The position numbers and the translations under genes were made by a program. From assembly GCF_009914755.1 (NCBI RefSeq), contig NC_060936.1: a stretch of 64,000 nucleotides of DNA; one strand, 5' to 3'. The stretch's first letter is position 1. Each line of letters opens with the position of its first letter. Under the pieces are notes generated by a model. It ran no database searches. It worked only from the letters and a program-made list of their open reading frames with translations, and was not told the DNA's origin. Shown one piece after another: positions 40,101 to 52,553 of this stretch. Origin of the DNA: the human T2T-CHM13v2.0 reference genome, Homo sapiens.

Positions 40101-42189
40101 CACTGCCTGCCTGCCTCTCTCTATCCTCGTGACCTTGACCAAGACATCCTGTCCCTTCAAGCCTCACTTTGCTTCCCAAAGCTCCTACCTGGGACAGTGT
40201 ATGGGAAGGGACTCTGTTAACTTCATACTAGTGTCAGAGGATGTGAAGCTTGGGGGTCGAGGCTTTCCTTTATGACAGCCTAGGGACACTCAGGGGAAAA
40301 GACGGATCAAGGGACTCTAAGCTCTTTTCACCTACTGTGCTGCATCCTACATGGCTGTATCTGAAAAAAGTCCAGGTCCTAGTAATGTGGACAGCTGCTG
40401 GCCTCCTCCTCCCTTTTCGTAAAGTGGAAACTGAGATTAGGAGTTGAGTAAGTTCACCATGGCCACCCGGCTGGACATTGACTAAGGGAACGTGGTCTCC
40501 AGCCCTTGCTCTGGAATTTTCCACATCGTGCATTGTCTGTCAAGAAAACTACAGAAGTATCATTGCCCTACTTCTGGTCAGTGGCTGCATCAACAGGAGG
40601 CTCCCAGCCTAACAGAAGGTGGTGTGATGTTGTTGCTAATTCGGGCCCATGTTTTTGGAATAAGTTTATAGCCAGAACTTAATAAGCTTTAGAAATAAAA
40701 CTGTAAGTTTGACTAAACAAGTTCCTCTGTGAAGCACTTTGGCATATATTACCTCCTCTAATCTCCCACCGTCATTCCTCCCCTTCCTCACTGGGCAGCA
40801 CCGTCCAAAGGCCAAGAGGTGAATGGCTTGCCCGGGGATTCCGGGTGTAGGAGTAGAGTCAATGCCAGTGGCCAGGGCTCCTGACCTCTGGCCCAGGACT
40901 CTTGCCCCTAAACCTTACGGTCACCAGAAACACCAGCTCAAACTGTGGAATGAATCCTCACCCCAAGAGCCTCCCTGGGGCGTGGGATGGACCCAGAGGC
41001 TGTTGAGTCCTTCACCACCTTCAGAAGGCATGCCACATCTTTTCCTGCAGTGGGTGCTGTACTGTAGATGTGGGAATCTGCGCTCTTCCTGCAGTGGGTG
41101 CTATACTGTAGATGTGGGAATCTGCACTGTTCCTGCAGTGGGTGCTGTGCTGTAGATGTGGGAATCTGCACTGTTCCTGCAGTGGGTGCAGATTCAGTTC
41201 AGCACCTTCTGAAGGCATGCCTTCCTAGCAGCCTTTCAGTGGCTCTGGAGATGACAGATGTAAGACTTTTGTGACCGTCACCCTGTGCCTCTAGCTCTGA
41301 CTGTCCACTTTCCTCTCATCCCAGGCCTAAAATGATTGGAAATTCTGAGGTCACAGTGTCCATCCTCACCTTCAGGCTCAAGAGTTGTGACACAGCTCAG
41401 GCACACAGAAGGCGGTTCTACTGTTAAATCCTCATCAGGAAGGGCATTTCTCTGCCTCTCTGGTCATTCCTTTCAGTATTGCTTTGGAAGTTCCTCTTAT
41501 AGTCTGACCTCAGGCAACCTTGGTGATTGGTGATTTTGTCAGATAATATTCAGAGAAAGATGATATATTTTAAGAAAGACAAGGAAGCAGAAATGTTTAG
41601 TGCAGAATCTGATCTAACTGGCTTTCAAAGGCTGGTGGTCGTGGAATGTGAGGGAGGCCACTGGATAAACTGAGGCCTCCTCAATGTCAGTCTCCTCCTG
41701 GTTCCCTTGGACCAGAACAAGACCAGACCCCAGATCTGCAGTGGGTCCTCTCACGGCCCTGGGCCACTGCCCCCTTACCTTGTTGATGAAAGATGCGAAA
41801 CGGTTGTTGAGGCACTTGATCTGCTCCTTCTCATCCCTCTTTACCCTCTGCACAGTCGGGTCTATCTCCAGTGCCAGTGGGACCAGCAGGCTCTCATTGA
41901 TGGTGACAGGGGTGATGCAGGCAGAAGGCCCACAGGTGGCTCCCAGTCGGTACCCGAAGCCAGGCAGGGTACCTCCACACCTGGAGGCTACCCGGGGCCT
42001 CCCAAAGCCCACGTTGCACAGGCTCCGTGAGCCAAGGCAGCCCAGAGCTCGGAGGCCCCTACCACCCCCGGGCCGGCATGGCCCCTTGCTCACTGCATAG
42101 TGGGTGACCATCCGGGGCATGACAGCCGAGTATGAGCTGAAACTCTGACTGCCACACCTGGAGCCTGGCTGGAAAGAGTGGTACGACAT
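30888..42189 (-). CDS. KRT82: Keratin 82 (type II hair cuticle keratin Hb2), complete, 513 aa: join(42189..41779,39821..39613,37261..37201,36534..36439,36061..35897,32920..32795,32144..31924,31703..31672,31108..30888)
   Basis: Nine GT-AG exons of 411+209+61+96+165+126+221+32+221 = 1542 nt (513 aa + stop); [18 protein letters not shown]-terminus, [10 protein letters not shown]-terminus. Confidence 0.97.
31672..31703 (-). CDS. KRT82: KRT82 exon 8 (32 nt)
   Basis: [10 protein letters not shown]. Confidence 0.95.
31924..32144 (-). CDS. KRT82: KRT82 exon 7 (221 nt)
   Basis: [16 protein letters not shown]...[14 protein letters not shown]. Confidence 0.95.
32795..32920 (-). CDS. KRT82: KRT82 exon 6 (126 nt)
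   Basis: [17 protein letters not shown]...NVKAQ. Confidence 0.95.
33677..34000 (+). mobile_element. Full-length Alu in KRT82 intron 5
   Basis: ggctgggctcagtgactgacacctgtaatgccagc...gcaagactccatctc plus A-rich tail; degenerate flanking duplication aaaacagaaccc / aaatagaaccc. Confidence 0.93.
34730..35340 (+). mobile_element. L2 3' fragment (approximate ends)
   Basis: catgaaggcagggactagtgtctgttctgttccctgctgtgtctccagc...gttgaatgagt. Confidence 0.6.
35897..36061 (-). CDS. KRT82: KRT82 exon 5 (165 nt)
   Basis: [22 protein letters not shown]...AWYQCR. Confidence 0.95.
36439..36534 (-). CDS. KRT82: KRT82 exon 4 (96 nt)
   Basis: [32 protein letters not shown]. Confidence 0.95.
37201..37261 (-). 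CDS. KRT82: KRT82 exon 3 (61 nt)
   Basis: [20 protein letters not shown]. Confidence 0.95.
37920..38170 (+). mobile_element. MIR SINE remnant (approximate ends)
   Basis: ctgggtttgaattctggctctg...cacagggctgttgtgag. Confidence 0.65.
38818..38907 (+). repeat. 18-bp minisatellite, about 4.5 copies (cactggattcccatgggg), KRT82 intron 2
   Basis: Tandem units visible directly; produces the spurious CPMGIQ repeat in the ORF track. Confidence 0.9.
39613..39821 (-). CDS. KRT82: KRT82 exon 2 (209 nt)
   Basis: [15 protein letters not shown]...LEGYKK. Confidence 0.95.
41042..41188 (+). repeat. 44-bp minisatellite, about 3.3 copies, KRT82 intron 1
   Basis: ttcctgcagtgggtgc starts at 41042, 41086, 41130 and 41174. 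Confidence 0.93.
41779..42189 (-). CDS. KRT82: KRT82 exon 1 coding part (411 nt)
   Basis: ATG at 42189, ends FASFINK|GTAAG. Confidence 0.95.
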
Positions 42190-42270
42190 GGCAGGAGAGA
42201 GAGGCAGAGAAATGCGGCCCTGGAGGAAAGAACCGGGGCAGGATGATCAAGTCAGGCTCAGCTTCCCCCC

Positions 42271-42350
42271 TTTTATCTGGTAGGGGGATGGAGGACTGAG
42301 ATGTGTCAAACCCCAAATCACCATTAAACTAGGTTTATGAGCTTGGGATA
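42271..42350 (-). promoter_or_regulatory. KRT82 proximal promoter: variant TATA GATAAAA (42271-42277) and HOX13-type motif (42334-42347)
   Basis: Motifs read directly; same layout as KRT85 and KRT84. Confidence 0.65.
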
Positions 42351-44885
42351 TTGGCAGAGCTAAGTAGCAAGGTGGATAATTAGGGTAGCGAAGAGCAAAG
42401 AGAAGGGGCCAATGGTCAGTGCTGGTGGGCCCTATAAAAATCCTATTTGTCCTCCTTCCTTGATTGTGGGGGTGATGAAAGGGGCCAACCAGACAGATAT
42501 GTTCCATGTATCCAGTGGCTCAGCCTCAAGGAAAGGGAGAGTTGGGACTACGTCATTTCATAGGAGGGGAGGCGTGCCATGAATTATACACCCTGGCTTC
42601 TCTGGGATTAGAGGGCAAGTCCCATATGCTTAAAGATGCTCTGGCTCTTTCCCCAAGGCTGCTCCTAGGCTTTTTTGCAGATCCTCAACCCAAGTGCCCT
42701 CTGTGGGCTCCTAGGTGAGTCAGGAAGTTCCCAGGAGGAAGGCTTTTGGGGTGGGAGAATCCTCCCTACAACAGGCCGGACCTTAACCCTCCTGAGCTCT
42801 GGCTCAGTGACCCACTGTCCCATGAGGGTCTTGAAGGTAGACAGACTCCAGGCATAGACACTTTTCTACAGGGCCCATCAGTCCACAAAGGCTGCAGGGA
42901 ACTCAAGAGGAGAGGCCTGGTGCTTGAGAAGGGCAGAGGAAGGGACGCTCTCCTCAACACTTCTGGGGCCCCCAGAAGGCATGATTTCAGCATCAGGTCT
43001 CGGCTTCCATGTGGCTGTTCCTTTCCCCTTTTGCCCAACCCAGCCTGAGTGTCCCTGAGGTCAACAGAGCCAGCTTTGGCCTGAGGATGTCTCTGGGGAG
43101 AGTTGTTGCCCTTGGGAATTTTCAGGTGGAGGTGGGATTCAGGTTTTCTTTCCAGCTCAGGTCGCAGACACAGCTCTTTGGAGATGTCTGAAGCCCCCGC
43201 CTCACTCTCTTTCCTCCTCTTTTCCATCAATTTCATCAGTGAAACTTTTGCCATGGCCGAATGGCCTTTCCCTTCCACACTGAGACTTATCACCAGGTCA
43301 AAATCAAACCAATAATAATAATAATAACAATAATAAACATTTATTGGGCATTTATTGTGTGTTGGGACCACTCCGTACTCTTTACATCCATGGTCTCATT
43401 TAATTCTCTGACCACACAATGAGGTAGTTACTATGCCACAGACAGGAAAATGGGAAGCACAGCAGTTAAGAGCAACATCCCCAAGTCACACAGCTTGTGG
43501 CTGATCAGCTGGGAGTCCATCCTGTTCCTTTTGACTTCACCCTGCCATGCTGCTCCACAGCAGGGAAGCCCAGGTGAGGAATTGGGAATCTGCTGCCCAT
43601 AAATGTTCTGTTGTCCCTGTCCGTCAGCCTTCCAACCTGTGGATTAGGAGACTGGAACTCAAAGGTTTCCTGAGCCTCAGAAATTCTCAGTCTCATTGTG
43701 ACATTTCACACTCCCTGTCCCCTTTTTCATAGTCCTGACTGTGGGCCCCAGAGTAGTGGAGGAGGAGGGGTGCAAGGCGAGACCACAGGCCACAATGGGA
43801 GGCAGAAGGTTGGGTGAGGGGGTCCAATTGCAGGGTGTCAGGGGAAGAAGACCACACTCTTCCCTGGACTGAGTCCACAGAGGGGGCCCAGGATGGTGTG
43901 AATGTTGATGGAGACACTCAGAGGCCCCACCAGAGAGCAGATTCCCACTAGAGGGGGTGAGGGAGACAGTGAGCTGCACCGGAGGGCAGGGGTCACTGCA
44001 GCAGTGGACACAGCAGAGTCTCCCCGCCATGTCCAGGCCAGAGGAGGGCCTCAGTGAGCATGTTGGGCTCCTGGAGTCCAGAACCAGAGCTCAGGAGCAG
44101 AGGGCAGGGCGGTTCCTTGGATTCATTGTGGGAGGGAGGCACCTGTTTCCTGAGCCCCCCGAGTCCAGGGTTGCCCTCTGAGTGTGAGCTAGGGCAGGAC
44201 TCAGTCAAGACCTAGACAGTTTGGCGGCATTTTATGAAAGTGGGTTCAGGAACTAGGGGGCATAAGGGAGCAGGCAGTTGAGAAGGGTGTGATTTTCTTC
44301 TGGAGCAGTGAACTCCGTCTTCACTTTGGCAGTGCAGTAGACAATCTCTACCTGCCTTTGGAATGCGTTTTGGCAGGTGTCTTGGGGGTTGATGACTCTT
44401 CAAATTAAATACAGAAACCACCCTTTGAAGGCCTCAAAGAAGAATCCCATGCCTACCTCACTCCCAATTCCACGCCAGCCTCCTCCTGTGTCCTTCTGGG
44501 GCTCAGCAATGTGTCCCCTCAGAGCGAGGAAAAACACCAAAGAAAGAGCCACCTCTCCTCTGAGTGCACTATCCTGGGCCTCTGCTGTGGGGTAGAGAAT
44601 GTGGTGTCCTGGCTTAAGGAGCTTCAGTGTCAGCCATGGCTGAAGACACGGAACAGAGACGTTCCGAGGGAGGGAGATAGAAAAAGGGAGGTCAGAAGAG
44701 AAAGAGCAGGCAATATTAATAGATTGTCAAATGGAAAGAGTGGGAGAGGAAGAAGGGTGAAAAATATAGGACAGGAGGAGAAAGGGGGGTTGAGAGAGAG
44801 GAGGTGCGTTGGGTGGCAGTGGGGAAAGGTAAGTAGAAAAAGAAGTGAGAGTGAAAGGTGAAAAGGGCAAGGTTAAAAGGAAGGA

Positions 44886-46991
44886 GGCTCCCTCCTCTCC
44901 CTCTCCCTCCTCTCCCTCTCCCTCCTCTCCCTCTCCCTCCTCTCCCTCTCCCTCCTCTCCCTCTCCCTCCTCTCCCTCTCCCTCCTCTCCCTCTCCCTCC
45001 TCTCCCTCTCCCTCTCCCTCCTCTCCCTCTCCCTCCTCTCCCTCTCCCTCCTCTCCCTCTCCCTCCTCTCCCTCTCCCTCCTCTCCCTCTCCCTCCTCTC
45101 CCTCTCCCTCTCCCTCCTCTCCCTCTCCCTCCTCTCCCTCTCCCTCCTCTCCCTCTCCCTCCTCTCCCTCTCCCTCCTCTCCCTCTCCCTCTCCCTCCTC
45201 TCCCTCTCCCTCCTCTCCCTCTCCCTCCTCTCCCTCTCCCTCCTCTCCCTCTCCCTCCTCTCCCTCTCCCTCCTCTCCCTCTCCCTCCTCTCCCTCTCCC
45301 TCCTCTCCCTCCTCTCCCTCACTCTCCCTCTCCCTCACTCTCCCTCTCCCTCACTCTCCCTCTCCCTCTCCCTCTCCCTCTCCTCACGGTCTCCCTCTCC
45401 CTCTCTTTCCACGGTCTCCCCCTGATGCCGAGCCAAAGCTGGACTGTACTGCTGCCATCTCGGCTCACTGCAACCTCCCTGCCTGATTCTCCTGCCTCAG
45501 CCTGCCGAGTGCCTGCGATTGCAGGCACGCGCCGCCACGCCTGACTGGTTTTCGTATTTTTTTGGTGGAGACGGGGTTTCGCTGTGTTGGCCGGGCTGGT
45601 CTCCAGCTCCTAACCGCGAGTGATCCACCAGCCTTGGCCTCCCGAGGTGCCGGGATGGCAGGCAGAGTCGCGTTCACTCAGTGCTCAATGGTGCCCAGGC
45701 TGGAGTGCAGTGGCGTGATCTCGGCTCGCTACAACCTCCACCTCCCAGCTGCCTGCCTTGGCCTCCCAAAGTGCCGAGATTGCAGCCTCTGCCCGGCCGC
45801 CACCCCGTCTGGGAAGTGAGGAGTGTCTCTGCCTGGCCGCCCATCGTCTGGGATGTGAGGAGCCTCTCTGCCTGGCTGTCCAGTCTGGAAAGTGAGGAGC
45901 GTCTCTGCCCGGCCGCCATCCCATCTAGGAAGTGAGGAGCGTCTCTGCCAGGCCGCCCATCGTCTGAGATGTGGGGAGCGCCTCTGCCCTGCTGCCCCGT
46001 CTGGGATGTGAGGAGCGTCTCTGTCTGGCCGCCCCGTCTGAGAAGTGAGGAGACCCTCTGCCTGGCAACCGCCCTGTCTGAGAAGTGAGGAGCCCCTCTG
46101 CCCGGCAGCCACTCCGTCTGGGAAGTGAGGAGCGTCTCCGCCCGGCAGCCACCCCGTCTGGGAGGTGAGGGGCGCCTCTGCCCGGCTGCCCCTACTGGGA
46201 AGTGAGGAGCCCCTCTGCCTGGCCAGCCGCCCCGTCCGGGAGGGAGGTGGGGGGGGGTCAGCCCCCCGCCCGGCCAGCCGCCCCATCCGGGAGGTGAGGG
46301 GCGCCTCTGCCCGGCCGCCCCTACTGGGAAGAGAGGAGCCCCTCTGCCCGGCCAGCTGCCCCATCCGGGAGGTGAGGGGCGCCTCTGCCCGGCCGCCCCT
46401 ACTGGGAAGTGAGGAGCCCCTCTGCCCGGCCACCACCCCGTCTGGGAGGTGTACTCAACAGCTCATTGAGAACGGTCCATGATGACAATGGCGGTTTTGT
46501 GGAATAGAAAGGGGGGAAAGGTGGGGAAAAGATTGAGAAATCGGATGGTTGCCATGTCTGTGTAGAAAGAGGTAGACATGGGAGACTTTTCATTTTGTTC
46601 TGTACTAAGAAAAATTCTTCTGCCTTGGGATCCTGTTGATCTGTGACCTTACCCCCAACCCTGTGCTCTCTGAAACATGTGCTGTGTCCACTCAGGGTTG
46701 AATGGATTAAGGGCGGTGCAAGATGTGCTTTGTTAAACAGATGCTTGAAGGCAGCATGCTCGTTAAGAGTCATCACCACTCCCTAATCTCAAGTACCCAG
46801 GGACACAAACACTGTGGAAGGCCGCAGGGTCCTCTGCCTAGGAAAACCAGAGACCTTTGTTCACTTATCTGCTGACCTTCCCTCCACTATTGTCCTGTGA
46901 CCCTGCCAAATCCCCCTCTGCGAGAAACACCCAAGAATGATCAATTAAAAAAAAAAAAAAAAAAGAGTCAACAGAAAAAAAAAAAAAAAAA
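44886..46991 (+). mobile_element. Full-length SVA retrotransposon (CT hexamer domain, Alu-like region, GC-rich VNTR, SINE-R, poly(A)) with 11-bp TSD AAAAGGAAGGA (44875-44885 and 46992-47002)
   Basis: All SVA modules in order; insertion at a TT/AAAA L1 endonuclease site; subfamily not determined. Confidence 0.97.
44888..45410 (+). repeat. Expanded SVA CCCTCT-derived repeat built from 15-bp units (CCTCTCCCTCTCCCT)
   Basis: About 430 bp of pure C/T, followed by degenerate hexamers. Confidence 0.95.
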
Positions 46992-49900
46992 AAAAGGAAG
47001 GAAAACTTTCCAGAAGAGAGATGTGTCTGGCACAAGAGAAGAGGAATAGTTCTGAGCCTGGAGGATTATTTTGCAGGAATCTCACAGGGCAGTTCCTAAT
47101 GCAGGAGAATTAAAATAGGCTTTTCCTGGTGTATTTCTTGCAAACATTTTGGGCCAAGTGGCCTTCCCACACCCTCACATGAGCCTGCTTCCCTCCCACT
47201 CCTCTGTCATCAGGGCATTTCTGTTTAGGAACAGCAGGTCTAATATTGACTTAAATAAAGCAGACTTGACAGAAATTTGGCCATGAACTCTCATTCATTG
47301 CAGCCCTGGGCCATGGAGGGCTTTTGAGTTCTTGATAACATCATTCCATTATATTATGAATAAGCAAGAGTTGATCATATTTTGAAGGGTGTTGATTTCT
47401 CACTCAAATATCCTGCTGGTGGGAGTTGTCAGGGGACTTGGCTGGGGCCTGGGCAGGGGGAAGAAAGGAGGTGAGGAGGTGGCATGTGTGGCAGGGTGTG
47501 CAAGATGTGTCCTGGCCTGAGTGGGAAAACTGTTCCATCTGCAATGAGAAAGGTGTGTGGAAACTTGGGCCCACACTGCACTTAGTCTCTTTGGGGCACC
47601 GTGGTCAGTTCTGAGGTCCTGGGAAGGACTGCATAAGAGGCCTTGTCTTGTGGTTGCTGTGGGTCTGACTTAGACAGGAGGGGAAAGACCCTACTGCACC
47701 CCCTACTCTGGAAGCTTCTTAAGGGCAAAGTGCTAGCCCAGGTCCTGGCACAGAGCAGTTGAGTCAACATTGGTTGGAATGGATGCCTGTGGACCCTGCA
47801 GGACCCTGCAGAGATCGGGAGCAGGTGGGGTACCTCTGTGGGGACCTTCTGGAGGCAGAGGGATGGACAGGATGACCTCATAAGCCACTTCCTGCTCCTT
47901 GTACCTCCTGCTGTTGATTTTGTGTGTAGGACGTCAGTAAATATCAAGCCTTGGAGCTGGGAAGCTTGAGGGCTTGAGGGGAGTGGCAGTGGAGGCAGGT
48001 GCATGGCTGCTGTGACTCTCCTTGGTGGGCCATCTCTTGGAGACAATGAATATGTTGGAGCTGCTGTGACTGCTGGTCACAGCTGGACAGCTGATGCCAC
48101 TGCTCCTGTTGTTGTGGCAGAGGCCACTGCTGTGGCCACCCCCACCCACACAGAGGACGCTGCCCCCACTGGAGCCTGTGGCCCCAGGGGAAGAGACCTC
48201 AGCTGTGGAGAGAGGGCTCAGGATATGTTGGCAGTTTCTTCCCATTTCCCACGACGCCCTTCCTGGGTGTGATCCCCATGCCTGCTCCCCTCCCGCAATG
48301 CCTTGTTCCAGGCAACCCTCCCTTCCCTGAGAGCCTCGGGGAACGCCTGAGCCAGTGTGAGAGAGGGTGGGCGTGGACTCACCACCCCGTCACACGCTAC
48401 CTTCTCATGAACCTCTGCACAGGGCATCGCCATACTCAAGGCACATTCACAGCTGTGACCATGTGGATCTCAATGGGGCTGAGAGGACACCATTACTACA
48501 ATAACCCCCATTTTGTAGAGGAAAAAATGAGGTGCAAAGAGATCAAGTGGCATACCCAAGTCCACGCCCACCAGAAGCCAAGGCTTTTAGCTCCTGTGCT
48601 GGGTTCATTCCCCTGTCTTGTAGGCGGCTGTCACATTGGATGGAAGAGGAGGCCTTGTATTCTGGAAGGGAGCCATAGACTTCCTTTTCGAAAGAGGCCT
48701 GAAGGCCACCTGGACGAGCCTCCCCCAGTACCAGAACCCCTCAATGACATTGCCAAGATACAATTGTTCAGCTTCTGCTTCAATATTTTCAGCAACGGGA
48801 ACTCCCTACTTGGATGCATCTTTGCAAGCCAGGTAAACATTTGGAAACGTCTCATTGATTTCCCCTCTTGGCGTCCGTTTTTCCTGGTGAGGCATTCCTG
48901 CCCCTCTGATGGGTTGGTTCCAGGCTCTCCCCAATCCTGGCAGGCCAGCCTCTCTAATGTGATCTGACCCACATGGGTCTCAAGGGGATTCTACTCCCAT
49001 GACCAGGACTCAATGCTCCCATTAATGCCGCCTATGATGCTGAGCTTTTACACACAGCCCCAGAGCCCTGGTGGGTCACTCTGTGAGGTCGCTGCTGCTC
49101 TCCCTCCTGTGAGTTGAGCCCACGCCAGATCAGTCACTGTTCTATTTGTTGAATTCATATGCTTCAATTCTAAATATAGGCCTTTACATTTAATCTGTTT
49201 AATAGCCTCTTATTTGTGTTAGTTTGAGTTCCTGACAGCACTAGCTGAGAAATCAGGCATTCAGACTGGGGACCCACGATTGTTTGAATAGTCTTGTCCT
49301 GTCACTGGGATCTTCTGGGACCAGCCCTGGGGGTGAGGGGTCACCTGCAGATTAATCGCCACAGTTTTTGTGGAGATTAAGCCAGAGTGAGGAGAAAGTT
49401 GTTGAGCTCCTTAGTGACATGGAATGTGCCCCTTTTGAGTTCTCTTGACCTCATGGGGAAGAAGGGCACAAGAAGAGTCCCCATAGAGCCTCCAAGAGGG
49501 TCTTTGTGACATCCCTGCCCCTGCCTGCTCATCTTTGACCCACCAGACCCTCAAGAGTGATGCTCCCAGCTTCCATTGTGCCCCCCACTTTTCTACCATT
49601 CCAAGACATTGACTCACAGGTACTGACGGCTCTGACACCTTCAGTGAGTCTGTGACCGCTAGGGAGAGAAAGAGTCATTTTGTTTGCTGAGAGGTTAAGG
49701 GGCCCTGGGTTCTTTGTATTTAAAGTTATCAGCACAGAGTGCTTACATGTATCAGGCACTGTGCTTGGCAAGCTCTCCCCTCAGCTTGCTAGCCTTGGGA
49801 AGCTCAAGTGCATCTGTGAGGAAAATCCAGGAGAGAGAACAAGTCACAAATACAGAGAGAAATGAGAAGAGGCAGCTGTGGTAGAGAGGTAGTGCGAGAC

Positions 49901-50592
49901 CGTCAGCTTGCAGGGCAATTCCAGAGCCCCTGAGCCTTGTCCCAAGCATGATTGCATTTCTCACAGGACTTGGGAAGAAAGGGTCTTGCTTAGCGTCCCT
50001 TCCTTGACCCCTTTGACCCTCACCCCTGCCCTGGGTCCAACAGCTGTGGGAGGGGCTGCAACTGCAGGACGCCTTTAAGGGAGCAATTGCATTTTAACCC
50101 TGTTTCTGACCTGGGAGCTTCATCTGGAGGGCTGACACTGTGGCGCTCATGGGGCCTCTGTGGCATTGCTGTCGTGGTCTGGTGCATCTGTTTGGGTGGT
50201 AGTGGGAGGGGAGGGGTGGCCCACCTGCTCTTCAAGCCCTCCAGCAGCTTCCTGTAGGTGGCGATCTCAATGTCCGGGGCTAGCTTGACATACATTGGCT
50301 CCTGGTACCTGCACAGCTGCTGCGCCATGTCCTGCTTGGCCTTCTGCAGGGCTATCTCCAGCTCCACCAGCTTGTTCTTAGTGCCAGCTTCCCATGCTGC
50401 TTGGCATCAGCAGGCGATGGTGGCCTGGGGCATGGCACACTGCCAGGTGGCGATGAGAATGTGTGTGACATTGTTCATGGAGGATGCAGTAAGATCCTCT
50501 ATGAACTTTAAGTTGAAAATATGAAAGAATTCCCTGAAGTGGATTTAATGCAAAGGAGGTTGGAGCTGCATCATCTTTAAAACTAAGATTGA

Positions 50593-51012
<420 letters not shown>

Positions 51013-52426
51013 TAAAGCAAGCCAAAGTTTTGCCATTTACTCTTCCAGAAGAAAGTGCCTTTCTCGCATTCTTCAATCCAATCAAGTTGACAATATTAAC
51101 CATTGCACTAGGTGAATGCATATTTATATTCCTGGAAGGCCACTCATCTGGGAGGCTTCTCTCTGTAGGGGCTGAGTGAGGCCCAGGCACAAGTCCACCT
51201 GGAGGCAGGAGCATGGATGGAAGGACACCTGGGAGCTCAGCCCTACCTGCTTCTACAAGTTATCAATCTCAGAGTGCAGCCTCTGCATTACCAGTTTATC
51301 TCAGAGATCTCCATCTTGGTGGTGTGGAGGTCATCCCGTGCAGGCTAGCAGAGTGCTGTAGCTCCTTGTACTAGGAGGGAGGAGAAGCAGACCTCGGATG
51401 GGGGATGCGTGCAGTGGGCAGGGACAGCCAGGCCAGGGAAGAGAAGGCTGTGGCTTCCCACAGCCCCATAGGCTTTCATGTGCGTCTGAGAGCCTCCCTG
51501 CTGGGCCGCCTCTGGCCCAATCAAATTCATCTGCATTTTCTCTTGACTCTGTCCCTCACTTTCTATGCCCACTGGCTTCACCCTACAGCTGGACAGCTGT
51601 GGCTGTGCTCTTTCCCTTCTTCCTATACCTGGTCTTTCTTCCCTTTCCCTCGACACCATGCATCTCACCCTCCCAAATTCAGCATCAGGTAGGTGCCAAT
51701 CACTTTTCCTTTGTTCGTGTTTTCCTCGGCATTGCAAATTATCATCCCAACGACTCCCAGGGCAGAATGTTTGCTCTCATCTGGAAAATCCCAGTCTGTG
51801 ACTTAGATTAAGACTTTGCCCTCCAGCCCCTGGGCCCCAGCCAGTTCCGCCTTTCTTCTCTGGATCCTCCAGCCTCCTCCACAAGGGGTTAAACTTTCCT
51901 CTTGTCCCCACCCTCCCTCTCTGTTCCTCCTGTTGGCACTGATGGCTGGAACTGTCCAGCTGTCCCTTTTCTCTCTGATACAGGGCATTGGAGGTGTGTC
52001 CATCTTCCTCTTGGCAGAGGGACTGACCACCTCCTGCCTTTATCTGGCTGTTCCCCAGGTCCTGACATGCTTCCCCCAGGTAACATAGGGTGAGCCCCAA
52101 GCTGAACTCAGATCCCTTGACCCTATCAGACTGGGACATCTGAGAGGACATGGCTTTTATCTTGTTTGCCTTTGAAATCTCGGTTTTTTGTGCTTGTTTA
52201 ATGAACTTGACCTTGATGTCTCACTTTGGTTTAGTACCAGAACTCAGCCTCAGCCCTGCTGTTGTTGGCGATGTCTTCATGCTGGGCCTTGACTTCAATG
52301 ATGATGCTATCCAGGTCCAGGTTGCAGTTGTTTTCCATCAACAGAAGGACCATGGAGGTTTCAGAGATCTGGGCCTGAAGCTGAGCCAGCTTTTGTGGTT
52401 GGGTCCAAATGAGAGAGCTGAGGCAG

Positions 52427-52553
52427 AGTGTGCATGTGCATGTGTGTCCGTGTGTGTGTGTGCAAGTGTGCATGTGCGTTCGTATGTGCATGCGAGTGCA
52501 TGTATGTGTGTGCATGCATGTGCATGTGTGAGCATGTGTATGCATGTGTGTGT
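52427..52553 (+). repeat. Degenerate (TG)/(TGCA)n simple repeat
   Basis: gtgtgcatgtgcatgtgtgtcc... Confidence 0.9.

Noticed and set aside
41042-41188. Regularly spaced repeats resembling a CRISPR array
   Set aside because: Contiguous tandem units without unique spacers, in a mammalian intron. It is a minisatellite.
44727-45544. Long low-complexity ORFs (EEGEG-, SPSPS-, PPLPL- and RRERE-repeats) in several frames
   Set aside because: They are translations of the SVA CT-rich repeat, which cannot contain stop codons. No evidence of coding function.
45562-46779. ORFs of up to 235 aa with repeated LLTSQTG motifs
   Set aside because: SVA Alu-like, VNTR and SINE-R sequence.
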